Virus record (IMG/VR): IMGVR_UViG_3300034073_004910
Span: 30,403-94,402 of that record
DNA: 64,000 bases
Direction: 5' to 3' (one strand)
Origin: a virus
The position numbers were made by a program, and so were the translations under genes. The notes under the pieces were generated by a model. That model was not told where the DNA came from. It ran no database searches and saw only the letters and a program-made list of their open reading frames with translations. Positions 7,702-17,027 of the stretch are shown piece by piece (position 1 is the stretch's first letter; each line of letters starts with the position of its first letter).

Positions 7702-8153
7702 TCAGGCGGACTAGAGCGATTCTTCAAAAATTCTCGTATCTCTTTGGCATAATGTTTAGCAACGGTTTCTGAAACCCCAGCATACTCAAAACGCTCTGCA
7801 TAAGACTCCAACATTTCTTCCGGCGTAAGCGGATAAGTTTCAGGCTTATTGATCCCCCTCATTGACTCTATACGGTCTGCTAAAGGTGTTAACGTTTCTC
7901 TGGGAGAAATGTCGGCAAGCTCGTATGGTTCAATCTTGCCAATCTCTTTCAGCATTTTCTCAAAAGTTTGAAATAGCTGATCAAACTTTAGATGATACAG
8001 CTTACTGATCCCCATCAATATGGTCGGGACTTCATCAGAGTCCTCGAACAAAGTATCAGAACTGTAGATCGACTTAAGATCGTCTACTATTCCCCAGCAG
8101 TCCATAATTTGTTGTTCTAGATCAAATTGAGTTGACATAGGTTTTCCTTTCAA
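7689..8153 (-). CDS. Hypothetical protein (QFDLEQQ family)
   Basis: paralogy with 6754..7014; likely start at MSTQF. Confidence 0.7.
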   Translation of the reverse strand: MKGKPMSTQFDLEQQIMDCWGIVDDLKSIYSSDTLFEDSDEVPTILMGISKLYHLKFDQLFQTFEKMLKEIGKIEPYELADISPRETLTPLADRIESMRGINKPETYPLTPEEMLESYAERFEYAGVSETVAKHYAKEIREFLKNRSSPPDWEI

Positions 8154-8366
8154 AACTATTCTCTTGTAATCTTCTGGCTAAGTATTTTAATAGATCCTTG
8201 TATACGATCAAATCTATTAATCCTCATGCTCTTAAAAGAAGCTCCAACTACTCTAAGACCATAACGCTCGGCTCTCACTAGCTTTTCTGCGGCCATCCTC
8301 GTTGGAGCTTCTACTTCTATCTCTGCTTTTAAGATATACTTATATTTCATCTCAGAGACTCCAGTT

Positions 8367-8840
8367 TTAATCCCAAAGATGTGAGTAATACTTTCCAAAA
8401 AGTCTAAAGCCATTTTGTATGCGATCACAATAGTCGTAATATTCTTTTGGGAGAGTAAACTCTCGTGTTTTAACTCGAAAAGATTCTTCGTCCTCTGCTT
8501 CTACCTCGGGAAAGAACTGATCTTCCCAGCTTTCGTCAATTTTATTATCAAACGCAAAGATCATCTCATCCAGTATCCAGTCCCACCGATCAAAATGAAA
8601 TTCATCGATTTCCCATACATCTTCTTTGGGGGAAGCCGAAGTAGATCGTAGGTGCTCTGGTACATCTTCGTCATCGGTATTCGGAGCACCGTGCTTAGTT
8701 GTCTTTAGCTGTTTCAGCATAGGAGAAATTATCAGCGCAAGAGTATGCTCCATATTGTAGGTATCCCACTTATCTATGCGAATCTCTATACTTCTTTCCT
8801 CGTCGTAACTGTCGGGGTAAGGACCAATATTTACATACAT
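8367..8840 (-). CDS. Conserved phage hypothetical protein
   Basis: IRIDKWDT...WDWILDEMIFAF...GFRLFGKYY.HLWD; GGAG RBS. Confidence 0.8.
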   Translation of the reverse strand: MYVNIGPYPDSYDEERSIEIRIDKWDTYNMEHTLALIISPMLKQLKTTKHGAPNTDDEDVPEHLRSTSASPKEDVWEIDEFHFDRWDWILDEMIFAFDNKIDESWEDQFFPEVEAEDEESFRVKTREFTLPKEYYDYCDRIQNGFRLFGKYYSHLWD

Positions 8841-8966
8841 AAGTAGCTCCTAGAGTTAGGCTTCGCTACCCGGCGGCGAATAGCGAAGCCTTTTGAATTG
8901 TTCAATGACTCTCTAACTTTCGGATATATAATACCGAAAACGAGCTATCAAGTCAAGAACTAAATT

Positions 8967-9314
8967 TTAGAAGTACCGACGAATTTCTGTCTCGACCCGA
9001 GAGCCAATTTCACCTTCGAAGCTGTCAAGCTGAAAGGTTTCTACTTCTCCTCGAATCTCCCAGTTATCCGCGAACGGAATCGAATAGCCAGCCTCCAGAG
9101 CAAGCCCATACTCACCGTCATAAAATGCCGGACCTACTTCGGCATACAGGTACTTTCCCTGAGCGCCAAGGCTTACAGTATTAATCGAGCTATTGTCTAC
9201 ATAGTGTTCGTCAACAAAACCGACCTCGTTTCGATACTCGCCATAGAAACGAACCTCTGCCAAAGCAGAGCTTGCAACTGCCAGCAGTCCAGCTGCGATA
9301 AGATATTTAGTCAT
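8967..9314 (-). CDS. Small outer-membrane beta-strand protein
   Basis: Sec signal (ALA-E), amphipathic strands, C-terminal Phe (EIRRYF). Confidence 0.65.
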   Translation of the reverse strand: MTKYLIAAGLLAVASSALAEVRFYGEYRNEVGFVDEHYVDNSSINTVSLGAQGKYLYAEVGPAFYDGEYGLALEAGYSIPFADNWEIRGEVETFQLDSFEGEIGSRVETEIRRYF

Positions 9315-9323
9315 ACATTCTCC

Positions 9324-9842
9324 TTAAAATTTTGTTAGCATTGAAAGAGCTTCTTCAGTGACTTCTTCTGTTCGGCGGCTCCAGCCCTTTCCAAAAACTG
9401 GAAAAGTAGAAAGTCGACGATAGTAGTCAAGTCGAAGCGTTTTAAATTCCATAATCGCCACTACAGGATTATGAATGTTTAATGCTGCACTAATGGTACG
9501 GGGCCCAAGCACGCCATCCTCTTTAGCTTTTACAATTTTTTGTAAAAATCGAACAGCGCGCGAAGGCCCCGCGTTGACACCAAAATCAAATACTATTAAA
9601 TCAATACCTACAGGTAATTGATCGCAGGACATGCGGTCCCAGTATTGCTTTCGGTAGATAGGCTCAACATCTTTTATCGTCAAAGCTTTAATGTCTTCGA
9701 CCGATACGGTTCGTTTCACCCATCGTTCATAGGTGGCTTTTGTAATGCCAAGATTTGTAGCACCTCCTGGATCTTGGGGATGGTTTACAAAGCCACCTTC
9801 GTGTTTTAGAACAATTTTTAGACAGTGATCAAACGTTTTCAT
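9324..9842 (-). CDS. Endolysin, GH108 muramidase with peptidoglycan-binding domain
   Basis: HEGGFVNHPQDPGGATNLGIT motif and FGKGWSRR C-terminus; start set to MKTFD. Confidence 0.92.
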   Translation of the reverse strand: MKTFDHCLKIVLKHEGGFVNHPQDPGGATNLGITKATYERWVKRTVSVEDIKALTIKDVEPIYRKQYWDRMSCDQLPVGIDLIVFDFGVNAGPSRAVRFLQKIVKAKEDGVLGPRTISAALNIHNPVVAIMEFKTLRLDYYRRLSTFPVFGKGWSRRTEEVTEEALSMLTKF

Positions 9843-9982
9843 TCGTGAAAGCTGCATCAGCCTTTTCAGGCTTCTTGGCAGCATTTGCCAGTGCATGATT
9901 TAATACTTTTAAGGCCTCGCTAGGCTTATCATTCCACAAAGCTTGAATTGCTTCTAGCATTGCCTCCATATTTTCATCGCAC

Positions 9983-10228
9983 TTACAATTTTTGCACGCC
10001 ATCGCTGTGTTTCTCCACCTCCACAAGAATGTTCTCACACAATCTTCGGAGCTCGTCCAATAGAACGTAGTATTTTTGTACATCAATTAATTTTTCAATT
10101 AATTCATTCGGTAGTCGACTTTTCAGCCGTTCAGCCTCTAGTTCATTTCGTAGCTGCTCGACTTCGCTGGGTAAACCTCGCTTTGGATGAGCTATTTCTA
10201 AAGCAAATCCACACTTGGTACAATGCAT
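9983..10228 (-). CDS. Hypothetical protein (CxxC)
   Basis: ORF in operon. Confidence 0.55.
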   Translation of the reverse strand: MHCTKCGFALEIAHPKRGLPSEVEQLRNELEAERLKSRLPNELIEKLIDVQKYYVLLDELRRLCENILVEVEKHSDGVQKL

Positions 10229-10231
10229 AAT

Positions 10232-10468
10232 TTAAACAAACTCTTTTAAACGTCTTACAAGAGCGTCTCTGCCCGCCTTTACTCCCGATGCTCTTTCAGA
10301 AAGATCAAGAGCATTTCGTTGAGAGTCGATAGTAGCTATCGCTTCTCTCCACAATAAAACAGCAAATTCCTCAATATCTGAAGTAGTTATACCGCTTGCA
10401 ACGCTAGGAATATCTGAGCTTGTTACAAGCCCCGCTTCGGCTGCCAGTTCAAATATACGATTTGTCAT
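10232..10468 (-). CDS. Hypothetical protein
   Basis: MTNRIFELAAEAG-type small phage protein. Confidence 0.6.
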   Translation of the reverse strand: MTNRIFELAAEAGLVTSSDIPSVASGITTSDIEEFAVLLWREAIATIDSQRNALDLSERASGVKAGRDALVRRLKEFV

Positions 10469-10470
10469 GA

Positions 10471-11304
10471 TTAATTAGGCGGAGCGTTTACTGCTGACAG
10501 TGCGCTGAGATTTCCTTGGAATCCGTATGTTCCCACATGAGTGAGAGAAATCCAAGGGCAAGCCCAAACTTTTAATCCAATATCAATAATCTTTCGCGAA
10601 AAGTAATAATCTTCGGAAAGATAACGTCGGCTAACCGGATCAATTGCACAGTCAAAGTATGCTACAATATCTCTCTCGCCGTTAAAGTCTGTCGAGTATT
10701 TGTGATCTGGCGAGTACGAATTTTCTGGGTAGGCAGCTTTAAACTGATCAAACACATGCCGTTGAATAAGCATAAATCCAGTAGCGCCTTCTAAAATTTG
10801 TACCGGCTCAGTAAGTTTAAAGCTTTCTGTGCCAGGAATCAAATTAAAAGCAAATCCTCCTCCAAACTGAGCAAGTTCATCAGGATTTTTAAGTTCAATG
10901 TTGTCTTGAACCGCCTTTTGAATACGATCCCAGTGAATTTGTTTTTTCGGATACAGCCCACAAAGCACATCATATTCAGACTTTTTATCGGCCAAAGCCA
11001 GCATTCCTAGAATATCCATAGGATTAAAAGAAATGTCAGAGTCGATAAACATCATGTGCGAACAGTCGCTACGCAAAAATCCATCTACTAGATAGTTTCG
11101 TGCTCGCTGAATCAGCGATTCATTATAGTGAAAACTAGCATCCCATTGAAGATCGTATTGGCGACAAACGGTAGAAAACTGAAGCATAGAGTGAACGTAT
11201 GGTCCAGTGCACATACCGCCGTACATAGGTGTAGCAATGAAGAGTTTTCGTTTTCGAAGCTCTTCAATATCAATCGTTATTTTTCTATCCTCTACCTTGG
11301 CCAC
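10471..11304 (-). CDS. GT-A fold glycosyltransferase-like phage protein
   Basis: LFIATPMYGG, FIDSD (DxD), ATGFMLI and YLSEDYYF motifs. Confidence 0.8.
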   Translation of the reverse strand: MAKVEDRKITIDIEELRKRKLFIATPMYGGMCTGPYVHSMLQFSTVCRQYDLQWDASFHYNESLIQRARNYLVDGFLRSDCSHMMFIDSDISFNPMDILGMLALADKKSEYDVLCGLYPKKQIHWDRIQKAVQDNIELKNPDELAQFGGGFAFNLIPGTESFKLTEPVQILEGATGFMLIQRHVFDQFKAAYPENSYSPDHKYSTDFNGERDIVAYFDCAIDPVSRRYLSEDYYFSRKIIDIGLKVWACPWISLTHVGTYGFQGNLSALSAVNAPPN

Positions 11305-11610
11305 GATATTTTTTGTAACTCCTTTTTTGATGTTTAGACATTGTGCTTCGCTTCATCATACTAGGATTACCGCTCGATGAAGTACGCTTCGGCTTGTGCT
11401 TAATCTTTTGTTGTTGTTTCGAAGCCGTTGATCCTTTAGCCATTTTTTGCCTTTTCTATTGCTTCTAAAAAGTAAATGAACGTGCCATCCGGCTGTTCTT
11501 CTACACGATAGCGAGTTGCCCAGTCGCGCGCTTCCGCTTCTGACGAAAAAAGATCAGAAAGAATGCCGCCACTAGGCAACTGCCAAGACCACGTATTTTC
11601 TAATAATCCT

Positions 11611-11904
11611 TTATTCTTCACCAACTTCACGAGGGTCGTCTCCTGCTAGAAGCGAGAGATAAAAAATTGCTTTTCGAATATCTGCTTCCATATTGTCCTT
11701 AAAAGGAGCGCGCATAAGGTACGCAAGAGCTGAGCAATAGTAATGCGGCTCTATAGACGAAGACATTACATACGACTCTGCATCAATTTTATCGCACAAC
11801 GCTTCCAAAATACTAAGAACATCGGTATCAAAAGTTTCTTCAGAGTTTACGCTCTTTACATTACAAAGCTGATAATGCTGAGGGTGATTAATAAAATCTT
11901 CCAT
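11611..11904 (-). CDS. DUF3310-like protein
   Basis: INHPQHY...YLMRA..K...DIRKAIFYL. Confidence 0.75.
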   Translation of the reverse strand: MEDFINHPQHYQLCNVKSVNSEETFDTDVLSILEALCDKIDAESYVMSSSIEPHYYCSALAYLMRAPFKDNMEADIRKAIFYLSLLAGDDPREVGEE

Positions 11905-12299
11905 TAGATATCTCCTTTTGCGCGATTTTCAGAATTTTCTACTTGAAATCCGTTTGGATAACGAGCGCTCAACTTATGAATATTTTCATTAATAACCGAT
12001 TGCGGATCGAACTCGAGTGCTCGACAGGCCGAAATCCAATAAAAGAAAATATCTCCAAGTTCGCGCTTCATGTGATAGATATTATCACCTGTCATGGGCT
12101 TGCCTTGAAAGAAGATTTTCTTCACAACTTCTTGAAACTCTCCAGTCTCGCTTCCCAGCCCAATGGCAGAAGTGAGAAGCAGCGGAGCATTGACAGTATC
12201 ATTATGCAACTCTCGAAGGCGATCTGCAAAGGACGTTAGATAAGTACTTTGATCGCTAGTAATACTCGCAATAAACTTTGAATACTGATTAAGATTCAT
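11904..12299 (-). CDS. mazG: MazG-like nucleotide pyrophosphohydrolase
   Basis: GLGSETGEFQE...RELGDI...NIHKLSARYP. Confidence 0.85.
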   Translation of the reverse strand: MNLNQYSKFIASITSDQSTYLTSFADRLRELHNDTVNAPLLLTSAIGLGSETGEFQEVVKKIFFQGKPMTGDNIYHMKRELGDIFFYWISACRALEFDPQSVINENIHKLSARYPNGFQVENSENRAKGDI

Positions 12300-12945
12300 C
12301 TTTTTTTCCGTTCAATAGTTCGAAAAGAATTTGTCCACAAGCCTGAGCAATTTTTTGATGCTCTTTTTGAGTTCCATTTGCGGAGCGCAGTTCTACATAA
12401 TGTAGCCAAGATCGCACTGTACCCGCCATATAAAGACGCGAAGGCGTCATACCTTCTGGAAGAACAGCTCTCGCTTGCTCTTTTGCTATTCCATTTTCCA
12501 GAGCACTATTATACACATCTTGAGCGTGCAATGCAAGTTCTTTTTGTAGCGTTGCCCAAAGTTCGTTCAAATTTTCATTTGTAGATTCAATGGAGTTTTG
12601 TCGATTTTTTGTATCTTGAAGCCTGGTTTCTCGAATTTCCCACTCCGTTGGGACGATTGAGTATCTTTGGCTAAACTCCTGAAAGGAAAAGCTACGATGC
12701 CGAAGTATTTGACGAGCAATGTCTCGAGTTGTATTAATTTCCATACAAACCCAAGCCATTTCAAATGGACTCCAGTGTCCATGTTTTTGCAAATAATTTA
12801 ACAGCTTAGGAGCTGTTTCTGTATTTATTTGATTTTCTGGGTTTGATACTCGAGCAACATACGCAATCAAATCAGATAAAGTTTGCAGACCAAGAGATTG
12901 TAAGTCTTCGCTAGGAGTGGAGTAAGAAATTAATTTTACATTCAT
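12289..12945 (-). CDS. thyX: Flavin-dependent thymidylate synthase
   Basis: RHRSFSFQEFSQRY signature, HWSPFE. Confidence 0.96.
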   Translation of the reverse strand: MNVKLISYSTPSEDLQSLGLQTLSDLIAYVARVSNPENQINTETAPKLLNYLQKHGHWSPFEMAWVCMEINTTRDIARQILRHRSFSFQEFSQRYSIVPTEWEIRETRLQDTKNRQNSIESTNENLNELWATLQKELALHAQDVYNSALENGIAKEQARAVLPEGMTPSRLYMAGTVRSWLHYVELRSANGTQKEHQKIAQACGQILFELLNGKKDES

Positions 12946-13114
12946 TCTAAAAGCTCTAGCTGTGTTCTCAGCGCCCAGCCATTTTTAGGCCAAGTATTAT
13001 TGTCAATATACCTAAAACAAAAGGAGTCTAACTTAGGTATATATTTTGTAAGCTCAACTACCGCATAGGGTCCACCAAAAAAGCGAACTCGAACTATGTG
13101 TCCTACTTTTAATT

Positions 13115-13309
13115 TCATAAAGGTTCGAAGTGAGTTGTAGGAGCCCAGCCTTTTTTAATTATACTTCCTGGGCTCATAATTTTAAAGTAAAAGCCATCTA
13201 CTTCTACTTCTTCACTTTGAGGAAGATATTTAGTAAGCTGAACTTCTACATAAACGTTCTCTAAAAGACGAATTTTTGCTCGATCTCCGACTTTAAAAGG
13301 GATTGTCAT
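13115..13309 (-). CDS. Hypothetical protein
   Basis: ORF in operon. Confidence 0.5.
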   Translation of the reverse strand: MTIPFKVGDRAKIRLLENVYVEVQLTKYLPQSEEVEVDGFYFKIMSPGSIIKKGWAPTTHFEPL

Positions 13310-13699
13310 ATACTATTTTAGCAGTCAGCATACTAGTATCAGTCTTGAGAATAAGCCAATCCTCTTTGTCTATTGTAAAAGTTACCCAGAGAAGATCGGG
13401 GTCTTTCTTAAAGAGCGATGCCTGTTCGTACACTTCGATCGGAGTCACGCTTTTCAGTTCGCTCCTCTTCCCGTAGCAGATGTTCGTGATACTTTTTGAC
13501 ATAAGTTCCTCGTTCTTCTGAGTTCCAGATAAGAGTTCCATATTTCCAGGCTTTTTCTGCTTGTCGACTACACGTTCCGACTTTTCGTCTTTCTAAAATT
13601 TCATACTGAATACTCATAGTCTCTCCGTAACAAACCAAACAAGTAGGCTAAGCCAAGCGACCCCGCCGACAATGAAAATAAGAGCTGCAAATCGGTCTT

Positions 13700-14065
13700 T
13701 CATAGCACTCTCATTCTGATAATTACACGACTGGGGCGATTGTCATTAATAGTGAGAGAAACTTCATTACTGCGACGAGACTCTTTCAGTTCTGCACTTG
13801 TCGCCGTCAATGTAAAGTAATGAGTGCCAGGAGCAAGATTATTTAATGCAATCGAGCGAGTAGTAGGAGAAATTGTAGTCTTTCGTGTGTACTGACCGGA
13901 AGTAGTTCCTCGATACAATGTATATTTTACAATGTCTCGAGATGGAGTTAAAGTTCGTCCGTCTTCATACTTTGTAGGAGCAACAAATCTTAATACTGTA
14001 GTTGTGTCTGCATAAGCAGCTCCGCCAATAAAAGTCAATAACAAAAGTAGTTTTTTCATAGCCAT
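13700..14065 (-). CDS. Exported fibronectin type III domain protein
   Basis: signal peptide AYA-D; Y.LY.G..SGQY...LAPGTHYF.LTA...ES..SNEVS. Confidence 0.75.
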   Translation of the reverse strand: MAMKKLLLLLTFIGGAAYADTTTVLRFVAPTKYEDGRTLTPSRDIVKYTLYRGTTSGQYTRKTTISPTTRSIALNNLAPGTHYFTLTATSAELKESRRSNEVSLTINDNRPSRVIIRMRVL

Positions 14066-14268
14066 TCCGCGAATACGATCTCTCGAGCGGCGGCCGCAGC
14101 CGCTTCTCTACTGTGGGATTTATGTTTATAAAGCCGGTTCAAAAGAGAACCGGCTGTTTCAACTAGTGCAACTTCATCTACTTGAGCTTTTTTCAGATCT
14201 TGCAATACACTGCAAATGAGTTCTTGTTTTTCAAGGCTGTTCATTCTTTAGCCCTTCGATTTCGTGGC

Positions 14269-14400
14269 CTACCACTCGTCACTCCCGAAGTATCCGTAAT
14301 CTTCGTCAGTTCCCCAACCTGCGGAGGTCATAGCAGAGTCATGATCTCCATCCATGCTGTCGTCGTAGTACTCTTCTTCTTCAAGCTCTTCTGGTTCCAT
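14269..14400 (-). CDS. 43-aa highly acidic peptide (MEPEELEEEEYYDDSMDGDHDSAMTSAGWGTDEDYGYFGSDEW)
   Basis: read manually; starts right after the stop of 14401..14658; GAGG RBS. Confidence 0.7.
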   Translation of the reverse strand: MEPEELEEEEYYDDSMDGDHDSAMTSAGWGTDEDYGYFGSDEW

Positions 14401-14658
14401 TTAACGCCTCATTTTAGCTAGGTCTTTTGCTTGTTCGTTCGAAGTTACTGGAATTGCATTTGACTTGTGCATAGTGCCGATTCCGATAACATATGTACCA
14501 GTGTACTCCATTCGTGGCTTAAGACTCGTACTTGCAGTCTTAGGAGCTACGCTTGGATAGACCTTGCGATCTTCGTAAAAGGGATTGACTCGTCTCGTAG
14601 TTTTAGCGCGAAGGCGCTCGGCTCGAGAATAAATTGCATACTCATCAATACTTTTCAT
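14401..14658 (-). CDS. Conserved phage hypothetical protein (YTGT.VIGIGTMHKSNAIPV)
   Basis: recognisable motif. Confidence 0.8.
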   Translation of the reverse strand: MKSIDEYAIYSRAERLRAKTTRRVNPFYEDRKVYPSVAPKTASTSLKPRMEYTGTYVIGIGTMHKSNAIPVTSNEQAKDLAKMRR

Positions 14659-14702
14659 TTTTTACTCTTTTCACTTACAAACTATAGTATAGAATATCCG
14701 AG

Positions 14703-14770
14703 CGAAAAAGTAAAGTCAAAAAAATTGATTGCCAAGAGCGCCCTTCAAATCAAACCAACGAATGGTTATT
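14703..14770. repeat. 68-bp direct repeat, copy 1 (copy 2 at 16000-16067)
   Basis: 67/68 identical by eye; includes the -35 region of a minus-strand promoter. Confidence 0.9.
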
Positions 14771-14903
14771 TTAGTTTCCTGATGATTGGTTCTGCTTTAA
14801 TAAAGGGAACGAACGGCCACACAAACAGTAAAGCTGCAACTACTGTTACTATTATCAGAGGCCATGCAATGGTTAGAATAACTCTGTTTAGAACTTCTTT
14901 CAT
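14766..14903 (-). CDS. 45-aa membrane peptide (MKEVLNRVILTIAWPLII...)
   Basis: ATGA-coupled to the upstream Gly-rich gene. Confidence 0.6.
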   Translation of the reverse strand: MKEVLNRVILTIAWPLIIVTVVAALLFVWPFVPFIKAEPIIRKLK

Positions 14904-15160
14904 TTCCTTCTGCCTCTTCCAGACTCGACGTTCCCGTAGCCGTAGCCGCTGCTATAGCCGTCGCCATAGCCGCAGCCACCGCCGTAGCTGTAGCCGTAGC
15001 CGTAGCCATCCCCGTTGCCGTTGCCGTAGCCATTACCGTCGCCATAGCTATAGCTATAGCCATTGCCGTCGCCGTAGCCGTAGCCGTAGCCATCGCCATC
15101 TCCGTAGCCATCGCCGTTGCCGTAGCCGTCACTGTAGCCAATCGGATAAAAGCTATTCAT
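14900..15160 (-). CDS. Gly/Tyr-rich repeat protein 3
   Basis: FYPIGY-(GYGDG)n-VESGRGRRK; coupled start/stop. Confidence 0.75.
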   Translation of the reverse strand: MNSFYPIGYSDGYGNGDGYGDGDGYGYGYGDGNGYSYSYGDGNGYGNGNGDGYGYGYSYGGGCGYGDGYSSGYGYGNVESGRGRRK

Positions 15161-15417
15161 TCCCGCCTACTTCTCCTAGACTCGACGGTCCCGTAGCCGT
15201 AGCCGTCGCTGTCGCCGTAGCTGTCGCCGTTGCCGTAGCCGTCGCCGCAGCCCTCGCCGTAGCCCTCGCCGTAGCCGTAGCCCTGGCCGTAGCCGCATCC
15301 CCAGCCGCATCCCCAGCCGCCGCCGTCGCCGTTGGCGTAGCCGTCGCCGTTGCCGTAGCCGTAGCCCTCGCCGTAGCCGTAGCCCTCGTCGTAGCCAACC
15401 GGGTAAAAGATATTCAT
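15157..15417 (-). CDS. Gly/Tyr-rich repeat protein 2
   Basis: FYPVGY-(GYGxG)n-VESRRSRRE. Confidence 0.75.
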   Translation of the reverse strand: MNIFYPVGYDEGYGYGEGYGYGNGDGYANGDGGGWGCGWGCGYGQGYGYGEGYGEGCGDGYGNGDSYGDSDGYGYGTVESRRSRRE

Positions 15418-15668
15418 TTTCTTCTCTGCCTCCCAGACTCAACGGACCCGTAGCCGGAGCCGGAGCCGCGTCCGTAGCCGTAGCCGTTGCCGTAGCCGTA
15501 GCCGCGTCCGTAGCCAGCATCGTCGGCGTAGCCGTCGTCGCCGCCGTAGCCGTTGGCGTAGCCGTCGCCGTTGCCGTAGCCGTAGGCGTTGCCGTAGCCG
15601 TTGCTGTAGCCCTTGCCAACCGGACGAAAAACGACGGCTTGATCCCCCGCCGTCACTTGAGCCCCCAT
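15414..15668 (-). CDS. Gly/Tyr-rich repeat protein 1
   Basis: FRPVG-(GYGxG)n-VESGRQRRK; probable GTG start overlapping the upstream TGA. Confidence 0.7.
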   Translation of the reverse strand: MGAQVTAGDQAVVFRPVGKGYSNGYGNAYGYGNGDGYANGYGGDDGYADDAGYGRGYGYGNGYGYGRGSGSGYGSVESGRQRRK

Positions 15669-15946
15669 CCGTCACGAACGGGCACGCAGAATATCTCCGC
15701 ACCCTCCGGCATATCTACGTCGGCAATTGGACGCAGATCGGCGTTCTCGGTCTCGACCATTTTTGCAAATCCAATGGAGTCCCAAGAAAAAACATGAATT
15801 GCTCTACTTAGGCGAATTCGACCGTTCTCGCGAGTCACATCGCCTGCGAAGATCCAGCCACGGTCAACGACCACGACCGCACGAGTACCAGTCGGACGAT
15901 TGCCAACCGGAGCATACTCAACACCATTGATGATTAAATTTTCCAT
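15653..15946 (-). CDS. Small beta-rich protein (Sm-like/DUF6948-like) heading the Gly-rich operon
   Basis: VVVVDRGWIFAGDV...IRL..A..V..W..G; family name from recollection only. Confidence 0.65.
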   Translation of the reverse strand: MENLIINGVEYAPVGNRPTGTRAVVVVDRGWIFAGDVTRENGRIRLSRAIHVFSWDSIGFAKMVETENADLRPIADVDMPEGAEIFCVPVRDGWGLK

Positions 15947-15999
15947 ATCAATTCCTTCTATGCTTTCCCAATCAACCAATATAGTATAGGCTATTCAGT

Positions 16000-16067
16000 C
16001 GAAAAAGTAAAGTCAAAAAAATTGATTGCCAGGAGCGCCCTTCAAATCAAACCAACGAATGGTTATT
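16000..16067. repeat. 68-bp direct repeat, copy 2
   Basis: matches 14703-14770; overlaps the 3' end of 16013..16312. Confidence 0.9.
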
Positions 16068-16312
16068 GCAGTTTCTTTTTCAAACAACGACACAAGTTCC
16101 AACAGCGTAAGCGGCTCTACACTTGTGAAGCTTTCTGCCCAAATACTAAACTGCGTGTAGTCGTGCTTGTGCATAGTGGGAAGAGGAATTTCGTAGTCAT
16201 TCACTTGGGCTTTACCATAGACATTGATACGCCCGCCAGCCCATTGATCGGTGTTTTTCTGAATCCACTCGTAGTTCACTGGACCCATCCAGCAAGTTGA
16301 GTATCTATACAC
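16013..16312 (-). CDS. Hypothetical protein
   Basis: ORF with RBS. Confidence 0.6.
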   Translation of the reverse strand: MYRYSTCWMGPVNYEWIQKNTDQWAGGRINVYGKAQVNDYEIPLPTMHKHDYTQFSIWAESFTSVEPLTLLELVSLFEKETAITIRWFDLKGAPGNQFF

Positions 16313-16523
16313 GACTAAGCTCCTTTCTCAGCTCCAAAATTTCATCACAAAGCCGATCAATGATACTTTCTTGAGCGTCGATCGTATCTGCAAACTCTTT
16401 AAGTTGCAAACTCATTCGAGTTATGGTAGCCAAATGCTCGTCACAAAACTGACAGTCGTACATTTTTTGCCTCAATACTTTGTAGTAGCTCAAGATATGC
16501 GAATTTTCCCATTTGAAGTACAT
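16305..16523 (-). CDS. Hypothetical coiled-coil protein
   Basis: ORF downstream of a consensus promoter; true start uncertain. Confidence 0.5.
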   Translation of the reverse strand: MYFKWENSHILSYYKVLRQKMYDCQFCDEHLATITRMSLQLKEFADTIDAQESIIDRLCDEILELRKELSRV

Positions 16524-16613
16524 ATTATAAAGTAAAAGAAGGAGTTTGTCAAGAGTTAAAATTATACATGCTAAAAATAACTCTTGACAATATGCTCAGT
16601 ATTTTTTATAATA
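16524..16613. promoter_or_regulatory. Divergent consensus sigma70 promoters, TTGACA-N17-TATAAT on both strands
   Basis: minus strand 16524-16552, plus strand 16585-16613. Confidence 0.85.
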
Positions 16614-16635
16614 TACACTTTGGAGTAATACGCGC

Positions 16636-16785
16636 ATGAGATGGAGCTACAAAGAAAATGTAATACTACAAAAAAATTATGGCAAGTGTTCATCAGAAGA
16701 GCTTTTAAAGCTACTGCCGGGCAAGAGCCTGAACAGTATTTATGCTCAGGTTCACCGACTAAGGAAAAAAGGATGGCGACTATAA
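16636..16785 (+). CDS. 49-aa Myb/SANT-like HTH protein (MRWSYKENVILQKNYG...SIYAQVHRL)
   Basis: GGAG RBS; WS..E..IL pattern; not in the ORF track. Confidence 0.7.
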   Translation: MRWSYKENVILQKNYGKCSSEELLKLLPGKSLNSIYAQVHRLRKKGWRL

Positions 16786-17027
16786 TACCCTTTCCTGTGC
16801 AGCCTTATACACGCACATCGCGACGAGAAGACTATCTTCAGTATTTTTATTATACAGTAGCGTCACTGGCAAATGAGCTGGACATGGATACGGAGAATCT
16901 AGAGGAAGACTTTGCCGTATTGTTTGAAAACATAGAAACTTTAGTAAATAAGCATCTGGAAATTTATGATTATACAAGTGAAGAATTTGGATCGAGCGAT
17001 GAAGAAGTTCAAGAGATTATCGAATGA
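16773..17027 (+). CDS. Acidic hypothetical protein (MATIIPFP...)
   Basis: AGGA RBS; start moved from 16641. Confidence 0.6.
   Translation: MATIIPFPVQPYTRTSRREDYLQYFYYTVASLANELDMDTENLEEDFAVLFENIETLVNKHLEIYDYTSEEFGSSDEEVQEIIE

Noticed and set aside
14467-15702. Plus-strand 328-aa ORF and Ala-Thr / Arg-Leu frames over the Gly/Tyr repeats
   Set aside because: Shadows of the hexamer repeats; only the Gly/Tyr frame gives coupled ORFs with conserved ends.
16641-16772. N-terminal extension of the 128-aa ORF
   Set aside because: Better explained by a separate 49-aa HTH ORF at 16636 and a start at 16773.
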